Part shown: in pieces, positions 1 to 15,199 of the stretch
How the letters are laid out: each line of letters starts with the position of its first letter
Numbering within the stretch: the first letter of the stretch is position 1
Source of the DNA: Eledone cirrhosa
Taxonomy: Eukaryota
Reading direction: 5' to 3'
Length of the DNA stretch: 64,000 nucleotides
Assembly: GCA_964016885.1 (NCBI GenBank)
Contig: OZ024747.1
Coordinates: 68,758,001-68,822,000, forward strand
Notes under the pieces: model-generated
Databases searched by the model: none
What the model was told of the DNA's origin: nothing
What the model saw: only the letters and a program-made list of their open reading frames with translations
Translations under genes and position numbers: made by a program

Positions 1-34
1 CTGTGAAATGATACTCAAAAATATAAATGCACTA

Positions 35-85
<51 letters not shown>

Positions 86-88
<3 letters not shown>

Positions 89-1291
89 TCATCATCATCA
101 TTTTACGTCTGCTTTTCCCTGCTTGCAGGGGTGGGATGGGTATTATTAAGCACGACATCTCTCCATTCGTCACGGTCCTTTGTCAGCCCCTCCATGAGCT
201 CCGCCCCATGTTTTTTGTAGTCTTCCTCCACTGCTTCTTCCTTCTACTGGGTTTTCTTGGCACTTCTTTACCCAGCGGTCATCCTCCATGCGCATCACAT
301 GTCCATACGAATGCAGTCTTCTCTCCTGCACACTACAGCCTATCCCTCTTATACAGTTTCTCTCTCAACTCGTCCATGCTGGGTCGTTCACACACATTGA
401 CATTGCACATCCAATGAAGCATGCTTATTTCATGTCTCTCCAGCCGTCACATATCTTCCACAGTTGCTACCCATGTCTCACTACCATGCAGCATTGCGCA
501 TCTCACACAGACATCATATAACTGGCATTTCATTCTTTGTCAACAGAGGAAGCAGCTCCCTAAACTTCTTCCAGCCCATCCTTATTTTAGATACTATGGC
601 CTTGGAGCACCCTCCTCTCTTACTAATCTGATCACCTAGGTATCAGAAGCTATCAACTACCTCTATAGGTTCTACTCGGATTTGAAAAATGTATCTATCA
701 CTGCGACTTCTACTGTTAAATTTCCCTGTACATCTACTGCATATGTAGTTTTCTCTACCTGTTAGTTTGTCTGCTATCCCAGTACATCTCTTATGCACCC
801 AAGATCATTGTGTACATTTCATAGAATTTATGCTAACTCCTTTCCTACATATTGAACATGGCCATTTCCCTGATGGAATCAGAGTTTTGTCCTCTTTCCT
901 ACTTATCAACACCTTTGTCTTAGCTAGCCCTCTTGATTCCAACTGCTGTTTCCATAGCCAGAATTTATTCTCTAGCTTCTCTACTGATTCTGATACAAGT
1001 ACCAGATCATCAGCATAGAGAAGTTCCCATGGGCAGCCAGTCATAAACTCCTCTGTTATGGCTTGGAGGACTATAACGAACAAGAGCAGGCTGAGGACTG
1101 AACCCTGATGTACTCCTACTTGTATTTGGAATTCCTCACTAAACTCCATTCATACTCTCACTTAACTGACAGCACCCCTGTACATAGCTTGCACTGTCCT
1201 CACAAGACATTCATCTACACCTAGTTTCCTTAGGGACCACCAGATGACAGATTGGGCTACTCTATCAAAGGCCTTCTCTAGGTCAACAAAG
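86..1291 (-). mobile_element. RTE-clade LINE, degenerate 3' part (RT C-terminal half + (GAT)n tail)
   Basis: ORF 805-1149(-) has GVHQGSVLS and ELLYADDL RT motifs, homologous to the 2929-4161 ORF; (CAT)n tail at 86-101 abuts (TA)n. Confidence 0.9.
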
Positions 1292-1370
1292 TATATATAT
1301 ATTAGAAAGTGAGGGTTTTTTTTTACAAAATGAAAAATAACCGAAGTGTCCTACATGAGTGAAAGTATAA

Positions 1371-1644
1371 GGAAAAAAGATGAAATCGAAAATGCAACTG
1401 GAGTCTTTTTTTAAATATATATTTATTTGGTTCCTTTACCGGTTTTACAGTTCTTCTGCTTTTCAAAAGTAGAATTGAGATGGAGGATCTGTGGTTTTTC
1501 TCACATCTGATGTGAGAAAAACCACAGATCCTCCATCTCAATTCTCCCTTTGAAAAGCACAAGAACTGCAAAACCGGTAAAGGAACCAAATAAATATATA
1601 TTTAAAAAAAGACTCCAGTTGCATTTTCGATCTCATTTTTTTCC
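1371..1644. repeat. Fold-back inverted repeat (~137-bp arms, centre at 1508) with relic hammerhead
   Basis: ...ggatctgtggtttttctcacatc-t-gatgtgagaaaaaccacagatcc...; arms near-identical. Confidence 0.9.
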
Positions 1645-2580
<936 letters not shown>

Positions 2581-5500
2581 CATCATCATCATCAACGTTT
2601 AACGTCCGTGTTCCACGCTTGCATGGGTTTGGACGGGGGTAGTCCCACTTGAGGCAAGAGTGATTGTCTTGCTCGCATAGGACTGTCTGGCAGGTTTTCT
2701 ACAGTTGGATGCCCTTCCTAACACCAACCACATTTACAGTGTGGGTCTGGGAGGTTTTTACCGTGTTGCCTACACGGCCACATTACAGCGTGGACTGTGT
2801 GTTTTTTTGTCGTGACACCTACACGATCTCATTTGATTCGGCCTGGATGGCGCGGCACCAACATAACTTTACATAGAACGGGGTGGTGTGGATGGGGTGG
2901 GGGTGGTGGCGGGACGGGGTGTATTTTGTTAGAGATGCCTACTGGCAAGGCGGGTCTTCTCTGTTACTGAGTACCGCCAAAGGTCACGGTCCAGTGACAT
3001 TGTCTTGGAGAGGTGTAAGTGTGTGAGGTCGGAGTTTATCAGCTCATCCCATGTTTTTCTAGGTCTGCCTATTCCGTGGCTACCGTCTATCTTTATTGCC
3101 CTGCACTTTGTAATACAGCTATCGACTTTCATGCGCATCACGTGTCCATACCAACGCAGCCTTCTCTCGAGTAAACAACATCTGATCCCTCTTATCTCTA
3201 ATTTTTTCCTTAGTTCGTTTATGCTTTGCCGTTCACGTATATTACTGTTACACATCCAGCGGAGCATGCAAGCTTCGTTCCTCTCTAGTCTGCGTATATC
3301 CTCTGCACACAATGCCCAGGTCTCACTACCATGCAACATTGCTGTTCGTATGCAGGCATCGTACAACCTGCCTTTCATTTTTAGGGAGAACCCTTTAGCA
3401 GCTAATAGTGGTATAAGCTCTCTGAACTTTTTCCAACCAGTTCTGACTCTAGCTACAGTACTTTCAGAGCACCCTCCCCCACTGCTGATTTTATCGCCCA
3501 GGTAACGGAAGCTGTCCACTATTTCTATAGAACCCTCTGCGCAATTGAAAGAGCTAGTATTTTGTGGGCACTTGCTGCTACTTATTGCACCAGAACACCG
3601 GCCACATGTAAAGTCTATGTTCTTAGTTAGCTTACCTGTGATCCCACTACATCTTTTATGCACCCATACTTTGCATTTAGGACATAAGATGGAGTTTCTA
3701 CCTACGCCTTTCCTACATACCGAGCACGACCATTTCCCAGAAGGGACCGCCGCCTTGTTTTCTTTCCTACAAACTAGAACTTTGGTCTTAGCCAGGTTAA
3801 TTTTAAGTCCTTTTGACTCTAGGCCGTGCTTCCATGTTTGGAATTTCTTCTCTAGCTCGGCCATTGATTCCGCTATGAGTGTCAGGTCGTCTGCGTATAG
3901 GAGTTCCCATGGGCAGCCTGTCTTGAACTCCTCTGTTATAGCCTGAAGGGCAATAATAAATAGTAGGGGCCTGAGAACAGAGCCCTGATGGACGCCAACT
4001 TTTACGCTAAACTCTTCACTATATTCGTTGTTAATTCTAACCTTGCTGACTGTTTCTTTATACATGGCTTGTATAGCCCTCACAAGCCATTCGTCAACGC
4101 CTAGTTTTCTAAGAGCCCACCAGATAATGGAGCGGGGGACTCTGTCGAAGGCTTTCTCCAAGTCGACAAAAGCTAAGTTTAGCTAGGTACTTCTCCTGTA
4201 GTTGTCGTACTATGAAAAGAGCGTCTGTGGTGCTTTTGCCTGACACAAACCCGAACTGCATTTCATCTAGATCAATTCTCTCTCTGATTAGTTGCGCTAT
4301 TACTTTTTCCGTGACCTTCATGACCTGGTCGATTAATTTAATGCCTCTATAGTTACTCCTATCTAGGGCGTCTCCTTTACCCTTATAACAGTTAACGATG
4401 ATGCTGCTATGCCAGTCCTTCGGAACAACCCCATTCTGTACGACTTGGTTAACTATGCGGGTGACCATGGTGTGTCCCACCGTGCCAGATGCCTTCAGCA
4501 TCTCAGCAACTATTTCCGAAGGCCCAGCCGCCTTACCAGTCTTCATATCCTTGATTGCCTTACTTATTATACTCCCCTCGACTAACACTGCTGGTCCCTC
4601 TATCGGGTCGATAAGGGGGAGACTGTCTTTCTCCCATTTATTCTCCTCATTTAGTAGCCTTTCATAGTGACACTTCCAAGCTACCTTCTTATCAGTGTCG
4701 GTGATGGCAAGTATGCCATCATCGTTAAGTACACACTTCTCCCCGACAATATCACGGTTTTCCTTGACGCATTGCCTGGCAATCCTGAACACCTCACGTT
4801 TTTGGTCATCGCGTTGTAGAACATGCTTGAACTTTCTTTCCTCAGCTTCCCTTCTTGCTAAGTACACTTCTCTCCTAGCTTCCCTCCTGGCCACTTGATA
4901 GTCTACTCTACTTCCCCCATCCCGCCATACTTTCCAAGCCTGCTTTTTGGCCTTAATTGACCCCTCCACCCTATTGTTCCACCACCATGTTACTCTCCTC
5001 CTGCCTACAGGCCTGCTCCAGCCACAGACTTCGTCTGTCGCCAACAGCAGGTTTGCTTTCAGAAATTTCCACTGTCCCTCTATATTGTCCGATTCTAGAT
5101 GCTCTTCCTTACTGTCGAAAGCATCAAGTAATATGCTTTGAAATTTATTTCTGGCTGTGGGGTCCTTTAGTTTCCATATTTTCCTCCTGAGGATAGTCCT
5201 CTTCTGCTGTCGGGTACGTCTCGTCCTGACTATGAGGTCGCTAATTATCAGTCTATGTTGGGAGGTGCATTCTTCATGGGGGAGGGATTTAGTGTTTACA
5301 ACAGACACTCTGTCACGTCTTCTGGTAAGGATATAATCTACCTGGCTTGTGTGTTCCCCGGATCTATAGGTAATCAGGTGATTGTCACGTTTTTTGAAGT
5401 TAGTGTTACAGATAGTTAGGTTATTTGCATCACAGTATTCCAGAATTCTGGAGCCTTCCTCATTTCTAGTACCAAACCCATAGCCTCCATGGATTTCGTC

Positions 5501-6683
5501 GTAGCCGTCACAATGTTGTCCAACGTGACCATTTAGGTCGCCTGCAATAATTATATAGTCACTGTCAGATATTTGGGAGGTAGTTAGCAACAGTGTCTCA
5601 TAGAATCTGTCTTTTATAGTGCCGGGCAGTCCGGATTGGGGTGCGTACGCAGATATTACTGTCACCGTAGTTCTATTGAGGACAAGTCTTATTTTAATTA
5701 TTCTGTCGTTCACTCTATTTACGTCTATTATCTTATCTGCCCACTTTTCTGCTACCATGATTCCTACTCCACCCAGCCCATCGTCGTTTCCCACCCAGAA
5801 AAGCTTATAACATCGTTTTTTTTTTTTACCCTCAATGAATCTAGCAGACCCACCCCTCCACCTGGTCTCTTGAATACAACAAACATCGACCTCCTTACGT
5901 TCAAGCATTTCTACAACCTCGTTAGCGCGACCCTTTAGGGTGCCTACATTTATGGTACCAACTCTGAAGTTTTGGGTTGCGTTTGGAGGGTGGGGGTGGT
6001 GGGGGGCGGGAGGAGATAGGGTTATGTTAGCCATCCGCGGACGAAACAAAGAGGAGTGCTCGCATTCTCGTCCACGAAGTGAATTTGACTTTAACTTTGG
6101 CATTTTCGCTCTGGGCGTCCAGATTTTTCTCTCCCTTCCACTCTCCAGGATTCCGCAGTCCGTCTGTCCATCCATCCATCCATCATATATCGAAGGCAAC
6201 CGGGCAAGCGATAGTATAGGCCTCTGGCTTATGATTTGGTCCGCGTAATAATAATAATGGTGATGCGTGGGGGTGGGGGTGGGGGGCTCTGGCTTATAAT
6301 AATGGTGGTGATGCGGGGGGGGGGCTCTGGCTTATGATTGGTCCACGTATTAAGTATGGTGGCGTGTGGGGGCGGGAGGGAGGGGTGTGGGGTAGCTAGC
6401 TGGAAGGTTATGAATGTTTAACAAGCGATTTAACAAAAAGCAAAACTGCAAGATTTGTTCTGTTCAATACGACAAAAACACCGTATTTAAACCTTAAATA
6501 GATAACAAAAAAAATACAGATTTCGGATTTTGCGAGATTGGATGTTTGTTTGGACTATGTACGGAATTGAGCGTGGAAATGGAGAGAAGAATTGTACTTT
6601 ACGATTTACATGAGTCCATCATAGAAATAATTGAAGCAGCGGTGGATTGGCGAAAGTGAATAAACATGAAGGAGAACTTATCT

Positions 6684-6718
<35 letters not shown>

Positions 6719-6830
6719 AGCTAAGAGAGAGATAGAGGGGAAGAAAGAGAGGGGGGGGGAAGGGGGAGAGATATTGTGGCTGACCGCAGCCCCTCGTGGA
6801 GTAGCAAGGAGGGTGAAGGGGTGGATCGGA
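2581..6830 (-). mobile_element. Near-full-length RTE-clade LINE (5'UTR, APE+RT ORF, 3'UTR, (GAT)n tail)
   Basis: APE motifs (GTINVGTL, QETRW, SAYAPQ, GDLNGH, DYIL), RT motifs (YRGIKL, QFGF, QGSVL, YADD); flanked by microsatellite; 5' boundary approximate. Confidence 0.93.
2929..6199 (-). pseudogene. RTE APE-endonuclease/reverse transcriptase ORF split by one frameshift near 4175
   Basis: ORFs 4109-6199 and 2929-4161; versus the copy near 9830 a 13-bp deletion (tagaggggtttac) explains the shift. Confidence 0.9.
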
Positions 6831-7548
<718 letters not shown>

Positions 7549-7935
7549 TTGTTATACTTGGAGAGGGTCATATTGTTGTAATAATATTGCCAGAAATAAC
7601 AGAACACACTCACTGTTTGGTTGGTTTTCGCTTCTGCATGTTTTATATCTCCATAGTTAATTTATTTGGCAATCAATGTTTACCATTGACTGACCAACGG
7701 TTAAAAATACAGGTATAAATATATATATATATATATATATATACTCTAGCAAAGTTCTTTCGTTGCACATCTGCAACATCATCAGTGGTACTATTATCAA
7801 GTTTCCTCCTATTGTGTTGTATTGTAATGTTCAAGCCATTTTTATTTTATTTATTTTTGTCTCCGTCTCTGCGCATGCGTTTGCATGTGTGTATAATGTT
7901 TGGTGTGTGTGTTCGCGTTTGGGTGTATGTGTTTT
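7549..7935 (-). mobile_element. Penelope-like element 3' end/pLTR fragment (family of 25100-26218)
   Basis: Reverse complement of the 3' region 25850-26218; carries HHR at 7748-7789. Confidence 0.8.
7748..7789 (-). ncRNA. Minimal type-I hammerhead motif (weak stem I)
   Basis: acca CUGAUGA u guugca gaug ugcaac GAAA gaac UU ugcu. Confidence 0.6.
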
Positions 7936-7950
7936 ATATATATATATGTA

Positions 7951-10900
7951 TCATCATCATCATCATCATCAACGTTTAACGTCCGTGTTCCACTCTTGCA
8001 TGGGTTTGGACGGGGGTAGTCCCACTTGAGGCAAGAGTGATTGTCTTGCTCGCATAGGACTGTCTGGCAGGTTTTCTACAGTTGGATGCCCTTCCTAACA
8101 CCAACCCCGTTTACAGTGTGGACTGGGAGGTTTTTACCGTGTTACCTACACGGCCACATTACAGCGTGGACTGTGTGTTTTTTTGTTGTGACACCTACAC
8201 GATCTCATTTGTTTCGGCCTGGATGGTGTGGCACCAACATAACTTTACATAGAACGGGGTGGTGTAGATGGGGTGGGGGTGGTGGTGCATGGGTTAGACG
8301 GGAGTTGTCCCACTTGAGGCAAGATTGGTTGGGTGACTGTGTCTCACTCGTATAGGACTATCTGGCAGGTTTTCTACGGCTGGATGCCCTTCTTAACACC
8401 AACCACATTTACAGTGTGGACTGGGAACTTTTTACCGTGTTACCTACATGGCCACATTACAGCGTGGACTGTGTGTGTTTTTTGTTGTGACACATACACG
8501 ATCTCGATCTCATTATCTCATTAGTTTGGACTTTACAGAGAAAGGGTGGTGTTGGTGGGAGTGGTGCCTACTGACTGTAGGTTTCGCTTTGTATATAGGC
8601 AAGGCGGGTCTTCTGTATTACTGTATAGCGCCAAAGATCTCGGTTCAGTGACATTGTCTTAGAGAGGTGCAAGTGTGTAAGGTCGGAATTTATCAAATCG
8701 TCCCAGCTTTTTCTGGGTCTACCTACTCTGTAACTTCCATCAATTTTGATCGCCCTGCACTTTTTTATATAGCTGTCATCTTTCATGCGCATCACGTAAC
8801 CATACCAACGTAGTCTTCTCTCAAGTAAACAGCATCTGATCCCTCTTATTCCTAATGTCTCACTTAGTTCATTTATGTTTTGCTGTTCGCATATATTACT
8901 ATTACACATCCAACGGAGCATGCATGCTTCATTCCTTTCCAATCTGTGCAGGTCCTCTGCACACAATGCCCATGTCTCACTGCCATGTAACATTGCTGTT
9001 CGTATACAGGCATCATACAATCTGCCTTTCTTTTTTAGAGAGAAACCTTTTGTGGCCAACAGCGGTATAAGCTCTCTGAACTTTTTCCATCCCGTTCTGA
9101 CTCTGGCTACTGTACTTTCAGAGCACCCTCCACCACTGTTGATTTTGTCACCCAGGGAACAGAAAGTGTCCACTATTTCTATAGAACCATCTGGACAATA
9201 GAAGGAGCTAGTATCCTGTGGGCTCTTCTTACTTAGTGCACCTGAGCATCGGCCACATATAAAATCTACGTTTTTAGATAACTTACCTGTGATCCCACTA
9301 CATCTTTTATGTACCCATAGTTTGCATTTGGGACATAAAATGGAATTTCTACCTACTCCTTTCCTACACACTGAGCATGGCCATTTCCAAGAGAGGACCA
9401 GTGCCCTATTTTCCTTTCTACATACTAGAACTTTAGTCTTATACAAGTTAACTTTAAGGCCTTTTGATTCTAGGTCATGCTTCCATGATTGGAATTTCTT
9501 CTCTAGTTCAGCCATAGATTCAGCTATGAGAGTTAGATCATCTGCGTATAGGAGTTCCCATGGGCAGCCGGTCTTGAACTCCTCTCTTATAGCCTGAAGG
9601 GCAATATTAAATAAGAGGGGGCTAAGGACAGAGCCTTGATGAACACCAACTTTTACACTAAATTCTTCACTATATTCATTGTTAATTCTAACCTTACTGA
9701 CTGTTTCATTATACATAGCTTGTATAGCTCTCACAAGCCATTCATCAACACCTGGTTTTCTAAGAGCCCATCAGATAATGAAGCGGGGGACTCTGTGAAA
9801 GGCTTTCTCCAAGTCAACAAAAGCTAAGTAGAGGGGTTTACTTTTAGCTAGGTACTTCTCCTGTAGTTGCCGTACAAGGAAAAGAGCGTCTGTGGTACTT
9901 TTACCTGACACAAATCCAAACTGCATTTCATCTAGATCAATTCGGTCTCTGATTAGTTGTGCTATAACTCTTTCTGTGACCTTCACGACCTGGTCAACTA
10001 ACTTAATGCCTCTATAGTTTCCCCTATCTAGAGCATCTCCTTTACCCTTGTAGCAGTTAATGATGCTGCTGCTATGCCAGTCATTTGGTATGACCCCATT
10101 CTGTATTACTTGGTTAACTATACTGGTGACCATAGTATGTCCCACCATTCCAGATGCTTTCAACATCTTGGCAACTATCTCTGAAGGCCCACCTGCCTTG
10201 CCTGTCTTCATATCTTTGATTGCCTTACTTATTATACCTTTAACTTGCACCGCTGGTCCTTCTATTGGATCGATTTGGGGCAGACTATCTTTTTCCCATT
10301 TATCCTCCTCATTTAGTAGTGACACTTCCAAGCTACCTTATTATCGGTATCAGTGAGGGCAAGTACACACTTTTCCCCTAAAAATCACGGTTTTCCTTGA
10401 CACATTGTCTTGCAATCCTGAACACCTCACGTTTTTGGTCCTCACATTGTAGAACATGCTTGAACTTTCTATCCTTTGCTTTCCTTCTTGCAAAGTACAC
10501 TTGTCTCTTAGCTTCTCTCCTGGACACTTGATAGCGTTTTAGCCTTGATTGACTCCTCCACCCTACTGTTCCACCACCATGTTACTCTCCTCCTGCCTAT
10601 AGGTCTGCTCCAGCCACAGATTTCATCTGTTGCCATCAGTAGGTTAACTTTCAATAAATCCCACTGTTCCTCTATATTGTATGTCTCTAATTGCTCTTCC
10701 TTACTGTCAAAAGCATCAAGTAATAAGCTTTTAAATTTGTCACTGGCTGTGGGGTCCTTCAACTTCATATTCTTCTCCTCAAGCTAGTCCTTCTCTGTCA
10801 TTGAGTACGTCTAGTCCTGACTATGAGGTCACTAATGACTAGGCTATGTTGGGAGGTGCATTCTTCATAGAGGAGGGATTTAGTGTTTACAACAGACAAT

Positions 10901-11160
10901 TTGTCACGTCTTCTAGTAAGGATATAATTTATCTGGCTGGCGCGTTCCCCTGATCTGCAGGTGATCAAGTGATTGTCTCGTTTTTTGAAGTTTGTGTTAC
11001 AGATAGTTAGGTTATTAGCATCACAGAATTCCAGGATTCTGAAGCCTTCCTCATTTCTATTACCAAACACATAGCCTCCATGGATTCCATCATAGCCATC
11101 ACTATGTTGTCCAATGCGACCATTTAGGTTGCCAGCAATAATTAAGTAGTCGCTGTCGAC
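7951..11160 (-). mobile_element. Degenerate RTE LINE copy with duplicated 3'UTR
   Basis: ORFs 8568-9734, 9771-10331, 10508-10768, 10798-11178 collinear with the 2929-6199 element. Confidence 0.92.
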
Positions 11161-11822
11161 TATCATCATCATCATCATCTTCGTTTAACGTCCATTTTCC
11201 ACGCTAGCATGGGTTAGACGGGAGTTGTCCCACTTGAGGCAAGGCTGGTCGGGTGACCGTGTCTCGCTCATATAGGACTATCTGGCAGGTTTTCTACGGC
11301 TGGATGCCCTTCCTAACACCAACCACATTTACAGGGTGGAACTGGGAACTTTTTACCGTGTTACCTACACGGCCACATTATAGCGTGGACTGTGTGTGTT
11401 TTTTGTCGTGACACCTACACGATCTCGATCTCATTATCTCGTGCTGTTGGTGGGAGTGGAAGGATAGGGTAGGGGTAGTGGATTGGGGTGTATATTTGGT
11501 TAAGAGGTGCCTACTGACTGTAGGTTTCACTTTGTACATAGGCAAGGCAGATCTTCTGTATTACTGCGTAGCGCCAAAGATCTCGGTCCAGAGACATTGT
11601 CTTAGAGAGATGTAAGTGTGTGAGGTTAGAATTTATCAGATCATCCCAGGTTTTTCTGGGTCTACCTACTCCGTAACTACCATCAATTTTGATCGCCCTG
11701 CACTTTTTTATGCAGCTGTCGTCTTTCATGCGCATCACGTGACCATACCAACGTAGTCTTCTCTCAAGTAAACAGCATCTGATCCCTCTTATTCCTAATT
11801 TCTCACTTAGTTCATTTATGCT
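11161..11822 (-). mobile_element. 5'-truncated RTE LINE copy
   Basis: ORF 11511-11738 is the RT C-terminus; 3'UTR and (GAT)n tail. Confidence 0.9.
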
Positions 11823-12146
11823 TTATATATATAAAACAACATTGTTGATATATATATATGTGTGTGTGTATATATATATATATAAAATGACATTGTTGAT
11901 ATATATATATTATATATGTGTGAATGTGTAATGTCATTCAAGTGTAGTTGATATCACTTCTGGTAGTAGTATCTATAGGTATTTATAGAAAAAGCCACCA
12001 AAGTCTATCTTTGTTGTTATGACAATGACATTTTCCCTTCCTTGTTGATCTTCAATTATTTACTTTGTTGATGAATTCTTACAAGTTATGTAACATTTAG
12101 CAAACAATGCAATAAACATGTTTTTCTATTTCTTTTATTTTATTAG

Positions 12147-12213
12147 ATTTTCTGTAAAAAGTTCATCGGGGAAGTTAATTGTGGAAAGCTTTCACTATTC
12201 TTGACTTTAACAG
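12147..12213 (+). CDS. SLC35F3/F4-like transporter, internal exon (IFCKKFIGEVNCGKLSLFLTLT)
   Basis: pyrimidine tract-AG acceptor and GTAAG donor; phase fits next exon; resembles SLC35F3 VLFKLLLGSAKFGEAALFLSILG as recalled. Confidence 0.8.
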
Positions 12214-12261
12214 GTAAGTTTATTTTATATTTTGTTTTTATTGTCCTACAATTTTTCTATA

Positions 12262-12484
12262 TTAACCCTTTAGCTTTTAAACCGACTGTATCAAGCCAGA
12301 ATTCTCTCACCTCTTTCTGTTAAAACCAGTTGTAACTGGCCACTCATACTGATGTTAAGGTATTGTTCTCAAAATAAATAACATAAAAATTTCATAGATT
12401 CGATATTATGTGAGATAATTAGGTGAACCTTTACCACGAAAATACAATAGTATATATAAAGTAATGTAAATGCTAAAGGGTTAA
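12262..12484. mobile_element. piggyBac-type MITE
   Basis: TTAA-ccctttagc...gctaaaggg-TTAA; copies at 15200 and 57097. Confidence 0.85.
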
Positions 12485-12631
12485 TCTGAGTAAGGTTAGT
12501 ATTAGTAAGAACAATTATTTTTCAGTTATTTGGCCTTTCTGCCAACAACACAAACATGCCGTAGACTTTCTTTTCATGCTTTGATTGGCATTCTTGCAGT
12601 TACTGTCCTCTTTATTTTTATGTATGTATAT

Positions 12632-12810
12632 GGCTGAGTGGTGTAGGCATAACTGTGTAGTTGGTTAAGGAGTTTGCTTTGTTGTCATATAGTTCTGGGT
12701 TCAGTCATCATGTGCAATACCACATGCCCTTGTCTTCTACAATTGCCTCGAGGTGACCAATGCTTCCTTGTAAGTAGAATTTTGTAGGTGAAAACTGTAG
12801 AAGCCTGTTG
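12632..12810 (+). mobile_element. Degenerate tRNA-derived SINE
   Basis: A/B-box-like tggctgagtgg / gggttcagtc; related minus copy near 56860-57010. Confidence 0.5.
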
Positions 12811-12814
12811 TATA

Positions 12815-12850
<36 letters not shown>

Positions 12851-13377
12851 CATATTTCCTCCTTAAATAAGTTTCATCTTCTTGAAGGGCTTAGCACTTT
12901 TTAATACAATTATTGCTTTCCTTACACATCACATGTCAACACCAGCACAATTGTACTGAATCTATACAAAGTAAATGATATTTCAACATTTTCTTGCATG
13001 GCTATTTCTTGTTAGTAAAAAAAGAGCAGACACTCAATAACTTTTATAATGCACTTACAATTTACTTGCATATTCTACCTTGCAGTTTGATTCAACAATT
13101 CTCTAAGACATTTAAGAATGAATATTACCAGGTCAATAGCCACTCAATGACATTTACAGAGTTCTTGTTAGTCAAAGCACAGATGAACATTTAAAATGCG
13201 TTTCTTTACATATAGTTTTGAATCTTTATTAAACTTTGCATGGAAAAATAAACAATATGTATAATCATAAGTTTGGTCATAATAAATGAAATCAAAATTA
13301 GTGAATTAAGCTACATGAAAGAATGTTTCTAATTGCTGAATGTCAACTTGGAAAAATAATTCCATGGTTGGATAATG

Positions 13378-13595
13378 GTTTCTTATATAGGCACAAAGCC
13401 AGCAATTTTGGGGAGGGGAAAGTCAATTAAATCGACCCCAGTGCATGACTGGTACTTTATTTTATCGACCCCGTAAGGATGAAAGGCAAAGTTAACCTTG
13501 GCGGGATTTGAACTCAGATCATAAAGGGTCGTAACTCTATCCTGCAAAGCATGTTGTCCGACACACTACTGATACTGCCAATCGACTGCCCTCTT
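13378..13595 (-). mobile_element. tRNA-derived SINE with Meta/MESC-like central domain (family A)
   Basis: reverse complement of the 20198-20385 copy. Confidence 0.85.
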
Positions 13596-14314
13596 TGGTT
13601 GAATAATAGAAGCAAACCTGTGAGCAATTTCAGTGGATAGGCTGTTCACTGATAGGTTTGTTGTTAAGCCTGTGGTTGTGGAACTTCCTGCGTTCATGGC
13701 TCCTGGACCACACCCTTACTCACTGCTCAGAGTTGGCTACCTGCAGATGCAAGCCCCACGAGGTAAAATGGCTGTTCCAACATGTCTCCCTCACCGTCCT
13801 CCGGGGCAATATCATTCTCCATCCGGTTGGCTGGGACCATGGGGCAGACTGACCATTAAGTTTCATTTATGGAAGTGGCATGTGGAACTGATTTATTTGC
13901 ATTTCATTATTTTGTATAGATTCTTGTTAGTTTGTTATAGTAAATAAATAAATGAGTTAGTAGTTGAGGCTGCTGATGTTGATTGAGACCATGAAGTAGA
14001 AAGTGTTAAACAATAGAAATTACTAACTAGGACACTCTGGTTGTACTTGTAATTGTAAAGTGGTGTTCATTTCTGTAGCTGGTGACCAGGAAATAAAATG
14101 TGTTCTCAGCAAACCTCATTTCCACTTTTCCTAGTTGACAAACAACATTTAATAAGTGACCTTAAATGTAATTGAACATGAATAACAAAGTATGCAGATG
14201 ACCTTTCAATGCTGAATGTCAACAATGCTGTTGTTGGTGGAATTCACTTCCAAGAAGAAGGTAGCCTTCAGGAACAAATGTATATATGAATCAGAGACTA
14301 TAGCAGAAGAAATT

Positions 14315-14800
14315 ATAAACAGAGTGGACTCTTTCGTCCTCCACCTGCTTTCCTGTCGCCATAGTGCCAGCCGCCTTCCATGCCATGCTGCCCTCAATGA
14401 GGTCATAAAGCATGGCTTGGACACTGCAGTCTTCCCTTCCCAGCTCGAGTCGGTGGAGCTGGACCGAGGGGACGGCAAAAGGCCAGATGGCATAACCCTC
14501 TTCCCGTTCCGCGGTGGCAAACCCCTTGTCTGGGATGCCACTTGCACCGATACTTTCTGCAGCCGCAACTTGGTGCAGTCTGCAACTAAAACTCCTCAAA
14601 TACCGGTCGCTCTCCGACAGGTTTGCGGTTGTACCCTTGGCAGTGGAGACTTCTGGTGTCCTTGGCCCTAGGGCTACCTCCCTACTCATCACCATAGGCG
14701 CTGAGCTGGCCAGCCCCAGATGTGAGCTCCGCGGGTTGGAATGGCTTTTCCAGTGCATCTCCCGGGGGAACGCCTTCTCCATTCTGTCTGCCAGGGCTGT
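14315..14800 (+). mobile_element. CRE-clade non-LTR retrotransposon 3' fragment (restriction-like endonuclease)
   Basis: HLLSC..H..LN, DGKRPDGITL, LVWDATCTDT, KY, PLAVETSG, RGNA motifs; frameshifted. Confidence 0.8.
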
Positions 14801-14889
14801 GTGTGTGTGTGGTGGGGGGACATCACGTATCATTCCACTGAATCAAGTATTTAAAGTTTGAATTGTAACCACATTTTCTATTGCTATAG

Positions 14890-15150
14890 GAAGGAGGTGG
14901 GTCTATGTTTCAGTAATTGTAGTGGTAGAAGTGGTAGACTAAGGAAGGAGTGGGGGTCTATGTATCAGTGAGTGTAGTGGTAGAAGTGATAGCCTGAGAA
15001 AGGAGGGGGGGGGGTCTATGTACCAGTCATTGTAGTGGTAGAAGTGGTAGACTGAGGAAGGAGAAAGTCTGTGTACCAGTGATTGTAGTGGTAGAAGTAA
15101 TATATATAGGAACAAAGTCTGTGTACCAGTAATTGTAGTGGTAGAAGTAA
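14890..15150. repeat. ~50-55-bp minisatellite (gtctatgtaccagtgattgtagtggtagaagt core), ~5 copies
   Basis: direct reading. Confidence 0.85.
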
Positions 15151-15199
15151 TATATATATAAAAGAGCAAGGAAATCTATAAATCATTGTTTGCAGCCTC

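Noticed and set aside
3005-5938. Plus-strand ORFs overlapping the RTE
   Set aside because: Antisense shadows of the RT/APE frame with no independent motifs
6760-6830. Possible HDV-like ribozyme at the RTE 5' end
   Set aside because: Hairpins present (ggctg-cggt-cagcc) but I could not assemble the nested double pseudoknot on the sense strand
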